From Guillardia theta CCMP2712 (taxonomy: Eukaryota > Protista > Cryptophyta), in contig NW_005434625.1 of the NCBI RefSeq assembly GCF_000315625.1, positions 389,726-453,725 of the forward strand: DNA of 64,000 bases. The letters are read 5' to 3'. Below the pieces are notes generated by a model that worked only from the letters and a program-made list of their open reading frames with translations, had not been told where the DNA came from and searched no databases. The position numbers and the translations under genes are program-made. Positions 1 through 13,484 of this stretch are shown in pieces (positions within the stretch are counted from its first letter, which is position 1; the number at the start of each line of letters is the position of its first letter).

Positions 1-317
1 CAGCCCTTCCGCCGCCAAGCCATCACATTCTTTCGCTATCCCACCAGCCATGCACGAGTCAGCAAGCCGACCTGAGATCCTCGTCCAAGCGCCATGCCCC
101 GGCGGTCTTCGTGGAGATGATCGACGTCACCTTCACCCGTGCCCCGGCTCGCCGCAACTCGAAGCCAGCCCTCCGCCTCACTGCCGTGCAGGAAGCGTAC
201 GTGGAGGCGACGAGGAGGGGCGAGGGGGAGAGCAGGAGGGGCTGGGTGTACAGCGAGGGACGGGAGTGCCTTGAGAGCTTGAAGGAGGCACGGGAGAGGG
301 GGGTCCGAGTACGATGA
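1..317 (+). CDS. 3' end of a hypothetical protein (gene starts before the window)
   Basis: Frame is open from base 3 (ALPPPSHHILS...VEMIDVTFTRAPARR...ERGVRVR) to tandem TGATGA at 315-320. GC-rich coding-like composition falls off after the stop. No recognisable domain. Confidence 0.4.
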   Translation, partial: ALPPPSHHILSLSHQPCTSQQADLRSSSKRHAPAVFVEMIDVTFTRAPARRNSKPALRLTAVQEAYVEATRRGEGESRRGWVYSEGRECLESLKEARERGVRVR

Positions 318-1417
318 TGAAGGACCGGGGAGATGTACGATATTGATGTAGATACGAACTGTACGATAATAAACGAATGTTGTCTTTTCAAAGCGCTTGT
401 TTGGTGGGAGTCTGCATTGAGGGCAAGAGTATGCCACGTGACGGCAAAGGCTTGATTGACTTTCGATGGAGCAAGAGTCATGCTGGAGAAGAGGAGGCGA
501 CGTCTATTTTTGTCCTCGCATCAAAACGATCGTACGTTGCAACATCACGGCTTGAGGATGTTCTGCATTGCACGATGACATATGATAGTGTCAAGGAGCA
601 AGAAACGTTCTTGGCTCATCCTTTGACTGCTATTATACCATGTTTTGGAGATGTGCAGAATGAGAGCCATGTTCTCGTTTCAGTATGAGCTGCAAGAAAG
701 CTTCAGTACCAAAACATAATCAAGTTCACAAAGGAGAATGATGATCATTAGAGAATCGTTTCAAATCCAGGAATGAAGGTTTCTTGCGGTTTGTTTTTAC
801 TTGATCATGCAGAAACATAAAAACTGACACAACAGTTTCAGCGAAGGGAAAAATGCCATAAGAATGATAGCAAAACGGAGTGGGAGAGAGCCCCAATATT
901 CATTCCCGCTCGGATCGAATGAAGGCTTACCGAATGCGATGACAGAAACATGACAGTCTTTCTAACCTCGGTCAGCATCGCTCACGTCATAGACTAGTAG
1001 GATCTGAATGCAAGCTCGAGTAAGGGAGGCCACGTCAGTATTGATGGGAGTCTGAAAACTTTTTACACCTTGATTGTTGTTTCTGCTATTCTGTTTGGCC
1101 CCTTGTTCATGCAGTCAAAACTGGTGTTCTTCCATTTCTCTCTAATGTCCCTCGACTGTTAATTCCACTCAAGTAATGAAACATTGCTTTCAACAAGATT
1201 ATGTCAAGGACAGTCTGCCTTGTAGACCGAATATCCGTTGCCTTCATGTAGACAACTGGACTCTGTTCAAAAGAATGTATTGCGCATCGGAAAAAATAAT
1301 CACTAGAGAAAACAATATGCTATGTGCCCCACCCTCCGCTGATAGCGGGTAGCAACATCTTCCTGCTCTGTCCTCCGCAGGCCCGTACCGTCGCATTGAA
1401 ACGTGTCCTGAGGTTTC

Positions 1418-3986
1418 TCAGACAAGGGTGCCCTCTTCCTGCCCCTCTGCTGGAGCAGACGGCTCCTCTTCCTCTCCTCTGCTGTTCCTAGAGCCCCTAG
1501 AGCTTGAGCTGCTCCTTATCACAGAGAAGTTCTCCTGCCTGCTTGTGTTGGGCTGGGAAGGAAGAAACGTCCATCCTCGCGGAGTGTAGTGAACCCCAGA
1601 GATCGGCCTGCCGATCTGCTGCTGCGAGAGCAGGTTGTGCAGCTCCTCTCCCCGAGGCATCATGGTGCGGTGGTCGCGGTCCATGGCGTACAGGAGGAAC
1701 ATGGCGTCCATGGCGTCGAGCAGCACCGAGGCGAAGAAGTTGAGCACCAGCGACGAGATACAGAAGGAGGTAACGAACACGAACCTCGCAACGATGAGAT
1801 GCACTATCCTCAGCTGCCCCCGCTGCAGCACCGCCCACTCGACATAGGCGTTGGACAGCAGCCACCCTGTCAGAGCTGCGCAGAGCGCCACCACGAGAGC
1901 GCCGGTCCTCAGGATAACGGCCGGAGACACGTCTGCTACCAGGGCAGCGAGGTGATTGCGGTGTAGGAGAAGACTGGTGACCTTGGCAGAGTGGCAGAAA
2001 GGATAGCCAGAGATTGCCATGAGAGGGACGGCGAATCGGTTGACGAAGCCAATCACGTCCTCGAGGCAGAACCAGACCGACTCCTGCACGCTGCTGCTGC
2101 TCCTCGACTTGCGCTTTCCCGGCAAGCTGCTCTCGGTCAGGCCTCGGGGTTGGAAGATAAGCTTGAGAGTCTCGCAGAAGGACGACACCAAGGCCGAGAA
2201 GCAGATGGAGCCGAAGGAAGTGCTGCAAACCACTTCATCAGATCCAGAAAGCACAGCAGATGTCTAGTGCCTGAGGGCCCAGCCAAGGGCGGACATGCCG
2301 GGAGACATCAGGGATGCGATCCTAAGGAGACATTCAGACGGTGAGACGGGGAGCGTGGTAGACGGACCTTGAGGAGTCTCGCATTCTACTGCTTTCATTC
2401 CCTCGCCTCTTGGGCATCTCAGCGAAGTACCTGAGCAACCAGATTCAGTTTCACGGCTGAGTTGGGTAAGAGGATGACTACCAAAGACCGATGGCCCCGC
2501 AGACTGTGTAACGTTTGACCTCCTCGAGAATCGAGTTCGTCCATAGCAGGACCACAGAGATGAAGCCCATCCCAACGTACGCCCAGCCATCCGTTTGCCA
2601 CTCACAGCGCTGCTCACCGTTGGGAAGCTTGGCCCTCACAGCAACCCCCGACATGAACGACAATGCGATGAAGAGGAAGCAAGCTCCCAACCACATCACC
2701 TGCAGCATGTCAGTTTCACTTCAACTCGAAGACGAGATAGACACTACACCTGAATCAAAGATAAAAATATAGATATGACAAGCACCGAGTAGTTCTCAAC
2801 GAGGGCCTGCTAAAGCGTCAATTTGAGCCGAATGGGAGTGCAATGCATTCACCTTGCTAGCGCACGTCAGGAGTGCAGCAGTGAAAGCTATTCGCTCCTT
2901 CACCAGGTAAATGATTGCCAGCGAGAGAGTCATCACAACAAGTAGGGTGATAGGCCACACCATATGAACCCCGAGCAAGAAAAGAGATATCGCAGAACAA
3001 AACAACGCAATCGGCAGCGCCGACAATGTTATATAGACAAATGCGGTTGTGAATCTTCCCAACAGGAGCACCCAGATCGCACCAAAGACTATGGAAGAGA
3101 AAGCAAGCAAGGCAACTATCCCGGAAGCGTTCCGAACTCTTTTGTAAGCGTTCTCCAAGACTTGCTCGGGGCTCAGATCGTCTTGGAAATCGCCTTCCTC
3201 TGAATTTTGCTCCTTCTCCTTCTTTGTCGAATTTGATTCACCATGACTCGTGGAATTGCTTTGTGCAAGACTTGTTCCATTCCGCAGGGCGTGAGAGGGA
3301 AGTCCAGTACTAGCCTGCAGTTTTATGTCTTTGAGCAACTGCTTTAAACTCTGTGGAAGCATGTTGCTGCTCAAGAGCTTCCTCGCATGTCCATGAGACA
3401 CCTGGAAGGAGCCAGGCTCTTCAGCGAGCTGCTTCCCGGCGACAGAGCGCAGCCTGTGAGACCATGGATCCCAGTTGGCGTGAGACTTCTTCACCACCTT
3501 CAACCTCGCAAGCCTTTTCCCTCCCGTCTGAAAGTTCTCATGGCGCCCTTCAAGCGCATGCTGAATGACCTCTGCTTCCGGTATGTCCCGTGCCACAGCC
3601 ACCTTCTCCTGAGCGAGCCTCGCCTCGCACAGCTCGAACTCGTGCGGAAGCTGGTAGTTTGCTCCAAGGATGGCCGCGATGCCTTGGATCAAGAACAAGA
3701 CCATGATGAAAGTGTACAGCCCGAAGCAACCCTTGTCTTGGGAGTCTCTGTCTCTGATAACCGGCCTCTTCGGGACCTCCGAGGACGGAGGCAGCAACAT
3801 GTCCTCCTCGTTCCACATCCTGGGCGACAGGAACGCGGGAGAAAACGCCTCGGACCGCCTTGCCGACTCTACTCTGTGGCTGACGATGTTCTCAGGAAAC
3901 ACGTCCTCACTCTCCCTCCTCTGGATCGAAGGATTGTTCTCAGGTTCCATGTTCCCGGCGCTGTCCTGGATACGCTCGCCGCGCAC
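1418..3986 (-). CDS. Choline transporter-like (CTL/SLC44, PNS1-like) multi-pass membrane protein, multi-exon
   Basis: ORFs 2796-3986, 2478-2708 and 1418-2254 give CTL-like segments: RDSQDKGCFGLY, KERIAFTAALL, RYTVCGAIGLW, STSFGSICFSALV, NRFAVPLMAISGYPFCHSAK, LDAMDAMFLLYAMD. About 10 hydrophobic helices. Start codon uncertain (ATG at 3950 or an upstream mini-exon near 4040). Confidence 0.85.
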
Positions 3987-5375
3987 TTGGATCTTGTGGA
4001 TTTAGCAGTTCAATCCCTTGTTCTCACGAGGTTCCTTCCATCATGACAGCCTTGAGACGTGTTTTATGTCAGGCTTGTTGACAGTGTGATGTTTCATCTA
4101 TGATCTTCCTCTTCCTCCAATCATCGCATCTTCTTCGCTGCCTCCATCGTCAGCCTCCCACTTTTCGCCTCAACATGGATTTTCGGCCAATCTATTTCCG
4201 GGGCTCCACCTCCGGGACCCACATCCCCAGACACACCTTTTGACTGATCACTCAACATCTTCAGAGCCTCCGGGCCCGACCCAGGGCCCGGCCCGGGCTT
4301 ATTGGTCAGTCTGGGGATGAGGGTTTGGCCCTTGGAGTGAGGCGGAATTGCAGGGGTAGTGACTGTTACAGTAGGGGTACTTTGCCTGGTATTTGATGGG
4401 GTAGTTGGGGCGATCTTGCACAATCGTTGGGGGTCGTAGAAAATTCTTAGGAACCTAGGAGTTTCTAGGGCTTATGATCTACAACACGTATTATCTGGTA
4501 CCCTCCATACGACCTTCCTCAGACCTCGAGGAAATCATTCCCCCACCCCTTCAAATGAGCTGTGACATACGGGTAGATTGAACAGGCGGGAGGGGAGTAC
4601 AGGCTTTTGTTTTCAACACTAGGGGTACTCAACAGAATTAAAATGAGGGGTACTTTCCTGAGATATGAGAAGCTCAGAAAGGGGGTAGGGTGATGCGATT
4701 TTGATTGGAATGGCGGCTGCAGCGAGAGGTACCGAGCTTCAGGGGTAGGGTAGTATTCCATAGGGGATTGAGGGCGAGTAGGACGCAGGGTAGGGTGGTG
4801 ACCACCCGGTAACGGTAGGTAGACGTGCGGGATGGTGGTGGGTGCGGTGATATAGGTACAGACCAGCAAGTCTGCAGGGAAATGGGGGGGTGGGGGTGGA
4901 TGTTGTGGAGTTATGGTGGCGAACTTTTCAGGAAGGGAATGGGGTGGCGAGTGTGCTTGCAAGAGAAGGAAGGGAAAGAGGAATGCAGAAGATGTTTGTA
5001 TAACTAACTAAGTATGAACCAAAATCTCACAGTGAGGATGTACATGGACCTCTGAGGAGAGGAATGCTTTTGTAGCGATTTAGTAGCAGGGGCAGTTTGT
5101 CAGGACCTCAAGCCTGAAAGCAGACAAGCAATGTCGGATGTGAACATAGCTGGGTACACAAATCAATTCTTGAGTGAATGATATGTGAGTGATTCCAAAC
5201 AACCGGAAATAGACTTCTCAAGTACAGATGAAGTGTTCTAAACAAAGTGCGGCAGCCCTGCATCATAACATGAAATGCGATAGTTTTGAGAAGGCTCCAC
5301 TCGTTGAAGGACCGATGGCTGATGCTGTTCACCCATCATGAAAACATTGTATCTGCTCACGGCCTGCACAACATT

Positions 5376-7000
5376 TTAGGTCTCCGTGTGCTTGTAGTAA
5401 TCCACTTTGCTTACCCTGATTGATTCCGATTTGAGCATGGGTAGCGCGCTGTCACTTAGAATCATTGCCATCCTGTTGGTTTGATCGGGCATGACTGATG
5501 TTTCCAGGCGGCATGTCTTCCTGTTGCTGATCCAGTGAGCTGCGAACCTGAGTGTGTTGGATGGCGCCTTCACGAGCCATTCTCGGTACCAGCGACCCCG
5601 TTGTTGGAGCGAGCGTGTGGTGCCTGACAAGCCTGCCAGGTTTCAACTATCAGCCACGTCTCGACAACCCGCTGCTTCAGGTTGTTTTGTTGCTTTACTA
5701 TCCTCATCATCATCTCATCTCGTTTGTTGCTCACTGCACGCAGCTCTCTGGCGCTGCAGCTCAGCAGGTGGGCGGGTCACCACATCTTGTGCGATGCTGA
5801 TGTCATGGCAGGAGTTGTCGGAAGCTGCATCCGAACGGATTCGAAGCTCATCGCGCCATAGGTCGAGTCAGATGTGACGCTCTTAATGCTGATGAGCCGC
5901 TGCAGGCGAACATGGTCGAGTGAGTTGGACTTGCTTACAGAGTTGATGGCGAACGAGACGACGGCCAACGAGGTTGTACTTGATGTGATCACTGCGTCAG
6001 CAAGATCTATCCTTCCTTCTTGATGTGCTTGCTGCGTCAGCAAGATGTCTCCTTCCTATTTCTGACTGATCTGTCAGTCCTCTCAAGACTCGTCCTTCCA
6101 AGCTGAAGAGCCAAGGAACCGACCGGCAGCTCGCCCGGTGCTCCTCGTGCTCTGACTCACTGCCCTCCCGTCTAATCGCTGGCGCAGCCTCGCGCTCGTT
6201 TGTTGGAAGCCGTCTTCTACTGCCGGCAGTATGTGCTGATGAAGTGGCTCATCGAGGCCCTCAGGTCTTGTGCAACCGCCATGTGCTGGACATTGACGTT
6301 GGTTCAGCATCGGCTCCTTGTCGGAATCGCTCTTCCTTGTTTTACTTTCGGTTGCTGCAAGTGTGATGCTGAGCGTATGGCCTGACGAGACTGGTAAGAA
6401 GACCCCAAAGAATGTCTGTTGGTGTTGACCGACTTGTGGGTTTGAAACTTGTGTTTCTTTTCATTGTTCTTGCCTCCTTCACCTGCATCTTACATTTTTC
6501 ATCTTGTGAAAATAAGCATGGGGCTGTGTACATTTTGTTGGCAGCGCTCCTCTCCTCCATGCTCATTTTATTGGCAGGGTCCTCGTTGAGCTCATGGTTC
6601 AACAGTGCGCTTGTTGTTAAGGTAATATTGCATGTTGAGAATTCTTTCCTTACTTGGCTCCTTGAAGATTTTTCGATGCTTGTCTCATGTTAACGAAGAG
6701 GGTCGTACCGTAATGACAGTTTGTCTCTTTCTCTTCTCCATCTGCTCAGGTGGTTTTCTCTTCTGCGTTGTCTGTTTTTCACCTGACGTTTTCCTTCGAA
6801 GTTGTTTTGATGAACCAGAAGTTTTCGTTTGTGTTCAATTACATCGTGGTCTTCATTGAGATGGGTAAGAAATATGTTTGCTCTAGTGTCATTTTCCTTG
6901 TTTGACTGGACCTCGCCAGCTGTTCTTGTGCAAGCAGGCAATTTTTCTTGCATCTCATCGTGAAGAGCCGTTAGCCGCCCGCCACTCACATTTTAGATTT
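5376..7000 (-). CDS. Probable multi-exon hypothetical protein
   Basis: Chain of minus-strand ORFs (6690-6989, 6342-6602, 6083-6310, 5777-6043, 5376-5630) with hydrophilic coding-like composition and GTGAG...AG intron-like joins. No domain recognised; boundaries approximate. Confidence 0.3.
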
Positions 7001-7163
7001 TGCTCTTCCCAGAGATTTTTTCTTGTTTATATTGTAAAAGATAGCCGGAGGTTTGAAATGATCGTAAGAGTTCAAACTCCCCTTTGCCGAACCTTTACAG
7101 AAAGTCTCTTCTACGGAATTGACATGCACGATCAACGAGAGAAATTAAGAAAGCTTCTGATGT

Positions 7164-10100
7164 TCACTGCGCGAAGAAAACTTGACAGACTCGCGGCAAG
7201 ACACTGACTGTGGTTCCGATCCCTTCACCCGCCTGCTCTGCGACATGAGCTACCGCAGTGAGCGGGAAGTACAAACTTCACCTCCCCGTCGAAGTTGAGA
7301 TGATCGGACCTGATGGGAGGAGGACAGGTCAGGAGACATGAGGTCGCCCGGCAGAGGGAAGCACCTGTCGTCGGGGATGATGGTTACCGACTTGGCCTTC
7401 CAGTGCTTGAAGTTGCCGTTGTCCATGTGCTTGCCGTCAGGTCCCATCTGAGCAGCAGGGGTGACAGGAGGAACGAAGCGGTCGAGCATGGCAGGGAGGG
7501 AGAGTGGAGCGAAGAACTTGGAGGAGAGAGCCCAAAAGCAGGGAAGGGGAGAAAAGGGAGAAAAGGGAGGAGACAGGTGTCTGGAAGGGAGTAGGGAAGG
7601 GAATGAGGAAGTATACTAAGCAAGAGAGAGGGAAGGAGAAGGGTAAGGACGAGGTAAGGAGGGCAAGGAAAGAGGAGGAGATCGAGAGGAACTAGGGAAG
7701 ACAGAATGAATTTCCACATACCGAGAGGTAGAGGTGTGCTAGGTCCAGGAGGTTCAAGTCCTCAACAAGAAACGCGTCCAAACATCCATCTGTCCTACTC
7801 GTCAACGTCCTCTGACCTTGTCGTTGCTAAATGCCTCTCCCCTCTCCTCTCCTCCCTCCACCTCCTCCCCTGTTTCCCTTCTACCTCCCACCTTCCCCTC
7901 CCCTCTCATCGATTCCTGTGGAATTTCATTCGCAATCTCGCTGTTCCACTCAACAGGCTTCCTCCCCTTCTCTTTCTCGGACCTGCCTTGCTTCCTCCTA
8001 CCCAGTCCCCCAGGCATCGCGTCTCCTGTCCCTCCTCCTCTCCTGCGCTCCTGTGCTCCCCGCCCACCTCCTTTCTTGCTCCCTTTCCCTTCTCCTTTCT
8101 CCTCTCCTCCTCTCCTCCTCACTTCCCACCTGCCAGGTGCACGAACGGGCAGGAAGTCTTCTCTGTCTTCGATAGCGTCAGCCTGCAGCACGACCGACAG
8201 GGCAAACCTACTTTGAGGCAGGCCACGAAAAGAAACTTGCCGGAGACCGTCTCCTCCTCCTCCCTGTCCCCGGCCATCTCACCCTGATGATGAGCAGGTG
8301 ACTTCAAAATCTGACGCCTCGAAGTCTCCTCTCACCATCGGCAGGCTGCAGATGTCACAGGAAGGTCCGCAAGGCTTCAACTTCATCTCCTCGTCCACGA
8401 TCGCCGGCCGGATCCTGCAAGGAAACACGGCTGTGAGGTAAGAGGAGGTTGTTGGACAGACAAAGGGGAAGATGAGAGGTTGGGACGAGGTAAACAAAGG
8501 ATAGGATAAGATAGGATAGGATAGGATAAGATAGGATAGGATAGGATAGGATAGGATAGGACAAAATGTTGAGACGGAAGAGACTACCATGTAAAGACAA
8601 CAATCAGGGGTCATCGGAGGAGCACCCAACAGAGCTCTAGACGTCACTAGCACAACTACATGGGTAGATATCCAATCAGAGAACAATCTTGGGAATCCAA
8701 TCATGTCAACACTGAGAGGAGGAGGAACGAGATAGGAAACAAGAGAGTCTAAGTCAAAGGCTTCACTACCTCACTGTCCCCGCTACCGGGTTGAGATGCA
8801 CCAGATTCTTCAACAGACTGATGGTGTAGCTGCAACGCCTTCAACCCCTCCTCGTGCTCCTTCCTCCTCCTCCTCCTCTGCCTCTCGATCTCGCTCTCGC
8901 TCTTCCCCTTCCCCTTCCCCACCCTCAGTCTGCGTCGACGTCTCCCTCGTTACCAGTTCCCTTTTCTTCTTCCTTGCATGTTTTCTCCCCCTCCTCCTTC
9001 TCACCGATGAACCCCAAAGGTCTTCCTGAGAGACTCTGAGTCTCTTGCGATGTGCCCAGGAATCCCCCATCCTACTCCACACGCACTGCCAGACCTTGTC
9101 ATGACGAAGCAGGGAGGCAGGGAGGGAGGGAGGGAGGGAGGGAGGAATGTAGAAATAGGAATAGCAAAAGTAGTATTGGTTGTAGCGGGTGGAATGGGAG
9201 GAGGAGCCGTGAGTCAAGACTCGGAGGTAGTGGGGAGGACGTTCAAGACCTGTATCGCTGCTCGTCGCCATGCTGGACTTGGAGTAGGTCCATCGGACGC
9301 ACTTCACACCCTCGAATGATGGCCTGCAGGAAGACGTTGGACTTTCTCCCTGCCCCTTGCACAGACTCTTGCTCCTCTACTCGTCCTCTACTCGTCCTCT
9401 ACTCGTCCTCGTCCTCTCCTTCCTTGCACTCCCGTTCCCTCGTTCCCTCCTTCTCCCATCCCTACAATTTTCTGCCGCATCGGGTTCTCCTCCTCCCTCA
9501 CCCTAGCTGCAGCCAAGGGATCCGTAGAGCTGATGAACTTGGCGAGCGTGCAATCCGTTCCAGCAGCGATGATGCCAAAGGGAGGAGAGGCCTGCTCAGA
9601 ACATTACGACTTCATCTTCCTCTTCCTTTCGTAGATCTTACAGGAGCTCCTTCTCCTCGCTCTAGGTTAAGAGAGTTCTCAAGCAGACCTGTTAGGACCT
9701 GGGGCAAGATTCAAAAGTTACCTCCTCTCTTCACCCTCCATCTCCCATATTCCTCTTGTTCCTCCTCCCTTCTCATTCTCAAATCCCTCATGTGCTGTCT
9801 TTTCCTTTCCTCTTCTGTCTTCTTCTTGCCCAAACTCTCTCCCCCCCCCCCTCACAATGTCACCTTCACCCGCCTCTCTTCCCCCCTCCCCCTTTCAACC
9901 TCATTTATCTGCTCTCCTCTTCTTCACGTCTCACGCCCATATTGTTTCCTTCGCTTGTTCCTTCATCTTGTCCCTTCTCCTCCCACGGTCTGCCCCAACC
10001 GTTTCACTGACCTCGTTCGCTGTTCCGTCGCCTCCAACAGCGATCACCCCATTGTAAAGAGATAGCTCGCACTCCCTGAACAGCTGATCAGTCTTGCCCG

Positions 10101-10718
10101 CGCATCTTCTTCTCCCTGTTCCTTCTCACTCCATCCTCCCTCTGCCCCCTCACCGACATCCCCCATCTCTCCTCCTACCTCATCCTCCCTCCCTTCCTCA
10201 TCCTCCTCTCCTCTCCTCACCCTCTCCTCTCTCACCTCAGTATGTCTCGCGCATGTCCCGCGTGCTGCGTCTGATGGCAGTCAGTCTCGATCCCAGCAAG
10301 GCTGAACATCTCCGCAACCGACTGCCACACTTGGTTCGCATGCCTGCCGAGCAAGCCCCCTCAGCAAGGCAAAGACGGGAGCTGCTCGCTCCTCACCTCC
10401 TCCCCGAGTAAGGGTTGATCACCACTAGCACCCGATAGATCGCAACCCCCCGCATCGGAGCCCCGAGTTGTACGACCCCAGCGGAGAAGATGGCGAGAAT
10501 CTCCTGCAGGCTGTCGAAGTTTCCTCCCTTGGGCCTTGATAGCAGATACGTCTTGAGCCTCGCCTGACCTCCTTCTTCGTCAGACCTTCACCCTCGCAGT
10601 CGCAGGATCGGCTCACTTCCTTGGGAGGCATCCGGACCATCCGCAGGGCAAGCACGTTCTCAGCCGCGTCAAGATCCCACCTGAAGGAGACATGGGGCGA
10701 GGAAGAGGAGAGTCGCAA

Positions 10719-10749
<31 letters not shown>

Positions 10750-11397
10750 GGCAGGAGAGCGAGCGGGAGCGGGAGCATGCAGTCAGACCACTAGTCGTAG
10801 TGACCACCAGCTCGCACCTGAGAAGTTCTTGTGCTGTGAAGACTTTCTGGCGGGCAAATATGCCACTCCCCCACTTCATGACTAGCTCCGAGCATTCCCG
10901 TGTCCTTGAAGACGGCAGGTCAGCCATGGCATGCAGCCGTCACGAACGCTTGCCGGAAATAGATCTGCGCTTCGTGCAGGGCCTTAATTCGTGCATGATC
11001 GGCTTGCAAGGAGCAATGAAAGGCCTGGCTGCGGCATCAGTTGCACATGCCGTCGGGCACAGCACCCACCATGTCGGTCGTTACATGTCCTCTTGCCAGC
11101 ACGGCGACAGCGCTCCCGCCTGCCTCCTGATCAAAGAATCCAGCATGGTGAGCAACTCGTCGACCGCAGGACAGAGAGGTTGTTCTGGTTCAATTCAAAA
11201 AAAACAAAATTACTTGTATTGTGCTTTGCACTTTCCTCTATTTGCGATATCATAGATCGATCTGATCCTGCTCCTTCTCTACCTGCTCGTCACCTGTACG
11301 AAGCACAAGACAGGTCTCTGAGCCGGATGGATTTCAGCATCGCCTCCCCAAGAATACTAACATTCATTACTTCCGGTTTTCTCCTTCCAGATAATAT

Positions 11398-11455
<58 letters not shown>

Positions 11456-11580
11456 GCCCCTGATCCTGCTCCTGCTCCTGCTCCTGCTTCTAATCCTTCC
11501 TGTCTGTTCATCTCATCGGCAGTGTCTTCCATTGCCCACCCCCTTCCTGACTCCCTGCTCTCCTTGTCTTGAACATCCAT
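7164..11580 (-). CDS. Ceramide/sphingosine kinase-like protein (DAGKc catalytic domain), highly fragmented by introns
   Basis: Manual minus-strand translation gives VLVVINPYSGRR (~10400-10435), HANQVWQSVAEMFSLAGIETDCHQTQHAGHARDI (~10240-10345), YNGVIAVGGDGTANEV (~10010-10060), PFGIIAAGTDCTLAKFISSTDP (~9510-9590), GKHMDNGNFKHWKAKSVTIIPD (~7370-7440) and LNFDGE|AGEGIGTTVSVLPRVCQVFFAQ* (stop 7164-7166). Start is either ATG 10927 or ATG 11580. Confidence 0.85.
8497..8560. repeat. (GATAG/GATAA)n pentanucleotide microsatellite in an intron of the kinase gene
   Basis: ggataggataagataggataggataggataag... read directly. Confidence 0.95.
10718..10776. repeat. (GCAGGA)n hexanucleotide microsatellite
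   Basis: gagcaggagcaggagcagg... read directly; lies in an intron of the kinase gene. Confidence 0.9.
11398..11488. repeat. (TGCTCC)n hexanucleotide microsatellite; possibly a coding Gly-Ala repeat on the minus strand
   Basis: tgctcctgctcctgctcc... translates to AGAGAGAG in the minus-strand ORF that starts at ATG 11580. Confidence 0.9.
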
Positions 11581-11675
11581 TTCGCCACCTGATTTGATGC
11601 AAAAAGTCCGCAGGAAGTCCGCCTCAGTGCAGGTGTCCGGGGATGAGGGTACACCAGGACGAAGAGTCGCCGACA

Positions 11676-12506
11676 ATGCGAGCAGCTGGAGGGGTTGCGG
11701 GCGTTGCCGCGCTGCTGCTATGCATCGCCTTCGTTGCCACACGCCTCTCCTCTCCCTCTGCCCTCCAGTCATGCACTCCCTGCACCGGAGGCGAAGGCTG
11801 CATCGCCGGCTGCCGACTCAACGAGGTTGCCATGGCGCACACTCAGCTGCTTGCGGACACGCGGCTGAGCGCCAGGAGGATCCCCGGCGGCGAGCGCGAG
11901 AGCATGCACTCAACGCGGTCGAGAATCCAGAGGTTGAACCAGCAGCTGCTGCGCATCAACACAAGACAGGCATCCGCCGCATCGGAGAAGACTCTTGGCT
12001 CGATGCTCAACAGCGCTGTGGGAGATATTCTGCGAGCTGAGGGGGATGAGGTCAAGATGAGGAGGCAGGTTCAGCTTGCGCACGGGGAGAGCGTTCAGGA
12101 CGCGTACAAGTCGTTGAGGTGCGATGGCTGGCCGCTGTCGATGTTGGGCTTATCTCTTTGAGCAGTCCTGACGAACAAGCTCGGTTTCGACTCAGAGCCC
12201 GGGCCTTCCTCCTCTCGATCAAGAACTCACAAAACAATCTCGTAGGACCTGATGACCTTCTCACTTGTTTCTTGTTGATTGTTTTTGGAATGGCAGAAAG
12301 CAGCAGCCGCCGCCATGGCTTCGGCAAACGGCTCTCTGCTGCACGGGGCGAAACAGCGTGCTGTCTCGAAGACTGCTGCGGCAGCCCAGCCACTTTGGAC
12401 CACTGAGATGAGGTTGATTGATACACACTCGAGTTATCATGTCTCTGATTTGTTTTCTTTATCCTCTGTGTTTTCGTATTTTTTGTCGTTTTACTCTTGT
12501 TTGTGA
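11676..12506 (+). CDS. Hypothetical protein with signal peptide/anchor, Cys-rich motif and coiled coil
   Basis: MRAAGGVAGVAALLLCIAFVA (hydrophobic leader), then SCTPCTGGEGCIAGC and a heptad-like region. Introns near 12119-12164 and 12242-12296 continue as SPDEQARFRLRARAFLLSIKNSQNNL and AAAAMASANGSLLHG. 3' end approximate. Confidence 0.55.
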
Positions 12507-13484
12507 TCTGTTTCTTATGATCTGACAACTTTGGTCTTCAAGCAACTTCTTCAACAAAGTAGTCAAGGACGGCCATGGAGGCGCATGGGGGTACTTGTTT
12601 CTGACTCGATTCTCAGGCTGGATGTAATTGTGCCTGCAGGTACGGCAAGCGTGCTGAGAATGTGAAGAAGCTTCCTGGAATCGTCACCAACAATTGGACC
12701 TTGAACAAGGGAGCACTCTCCTTGAAACCAACAGGAGATGATCCAAAGCTTCCTGGGGTGAAGACTTCGGGCTGGTAGAGAGTGTGATATATTTTGGAGT
12801 TTGAAGCAAAGCAAAGCAAAACATCATGGTAGACCTTTGGATCTACGGGCGTAACAGGTCTTGAGAAATATCCAGCCCTCAGTCATTTAGGTTAGAAACT
12901 TTTGCTGGATAGCCGCATCCGAACCTTACGGATTTGTTGGATACGGCAGAGCCCATGATGCAACTAGAGATTCTTCTCACAAACATGATGTGTAATGCCA
13001 ACTACTCTTACAATATCTCCTCCGAAAACCACTCTGACCTCAACGGTGCAGGACAGTGCCTTTCCAATTTGATGACCCCAATAAGCGATGTGGATCCTTC
13101 TTACTGACCACAACAGCATCTCTTAGATCTTGTTCCTTGATCGTTTAAATGCTCTGCAAAAACATGTTTTGCTTTTGTTGCCGGCCTTCAACCAAGAATG
13201 CCATATCGATGAGATGTAGGGTTTCTGCTTGCTGGGTCGCAATCAAGTTATCTTGCAAAAGATCGGTGGTTGCAAACACATCAAGCAGATATCTTTCGAT
13301 AGGTTGCTTGATTTGCATTCAGAGAATCATAATTTTGCTATTGCCGATCGTGTTTCCTTGATTGGTGGAGAAGATTTCTCACATCAATGAAACGACGCCA
13401 TGATGGCCAAGTGCCTCACTTGATCACACTGATTGTTTATAATCAGCTATAGGCTTTACTCAAGCTCGACTTTCAACCAACTCC

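Noticed and set aside
9052-10065. 337-aa plus-strand ORF and similar Pro/Ser/Leu- or Glu/Gly/Arg-rich ORFs (7706-8287, 24740-25465, 32294-32944, 61646-62627)
   Set aside because: They are translations of stop-poor CT/GA intronic microsatellites overlapping real opposite-strand or spliced genes.
12560-13400. Possible minus-strand gene between the 11676 gene and the microprotein
   Set aside because: Only short ORFs with no recognisable domain or confidently joined exons.
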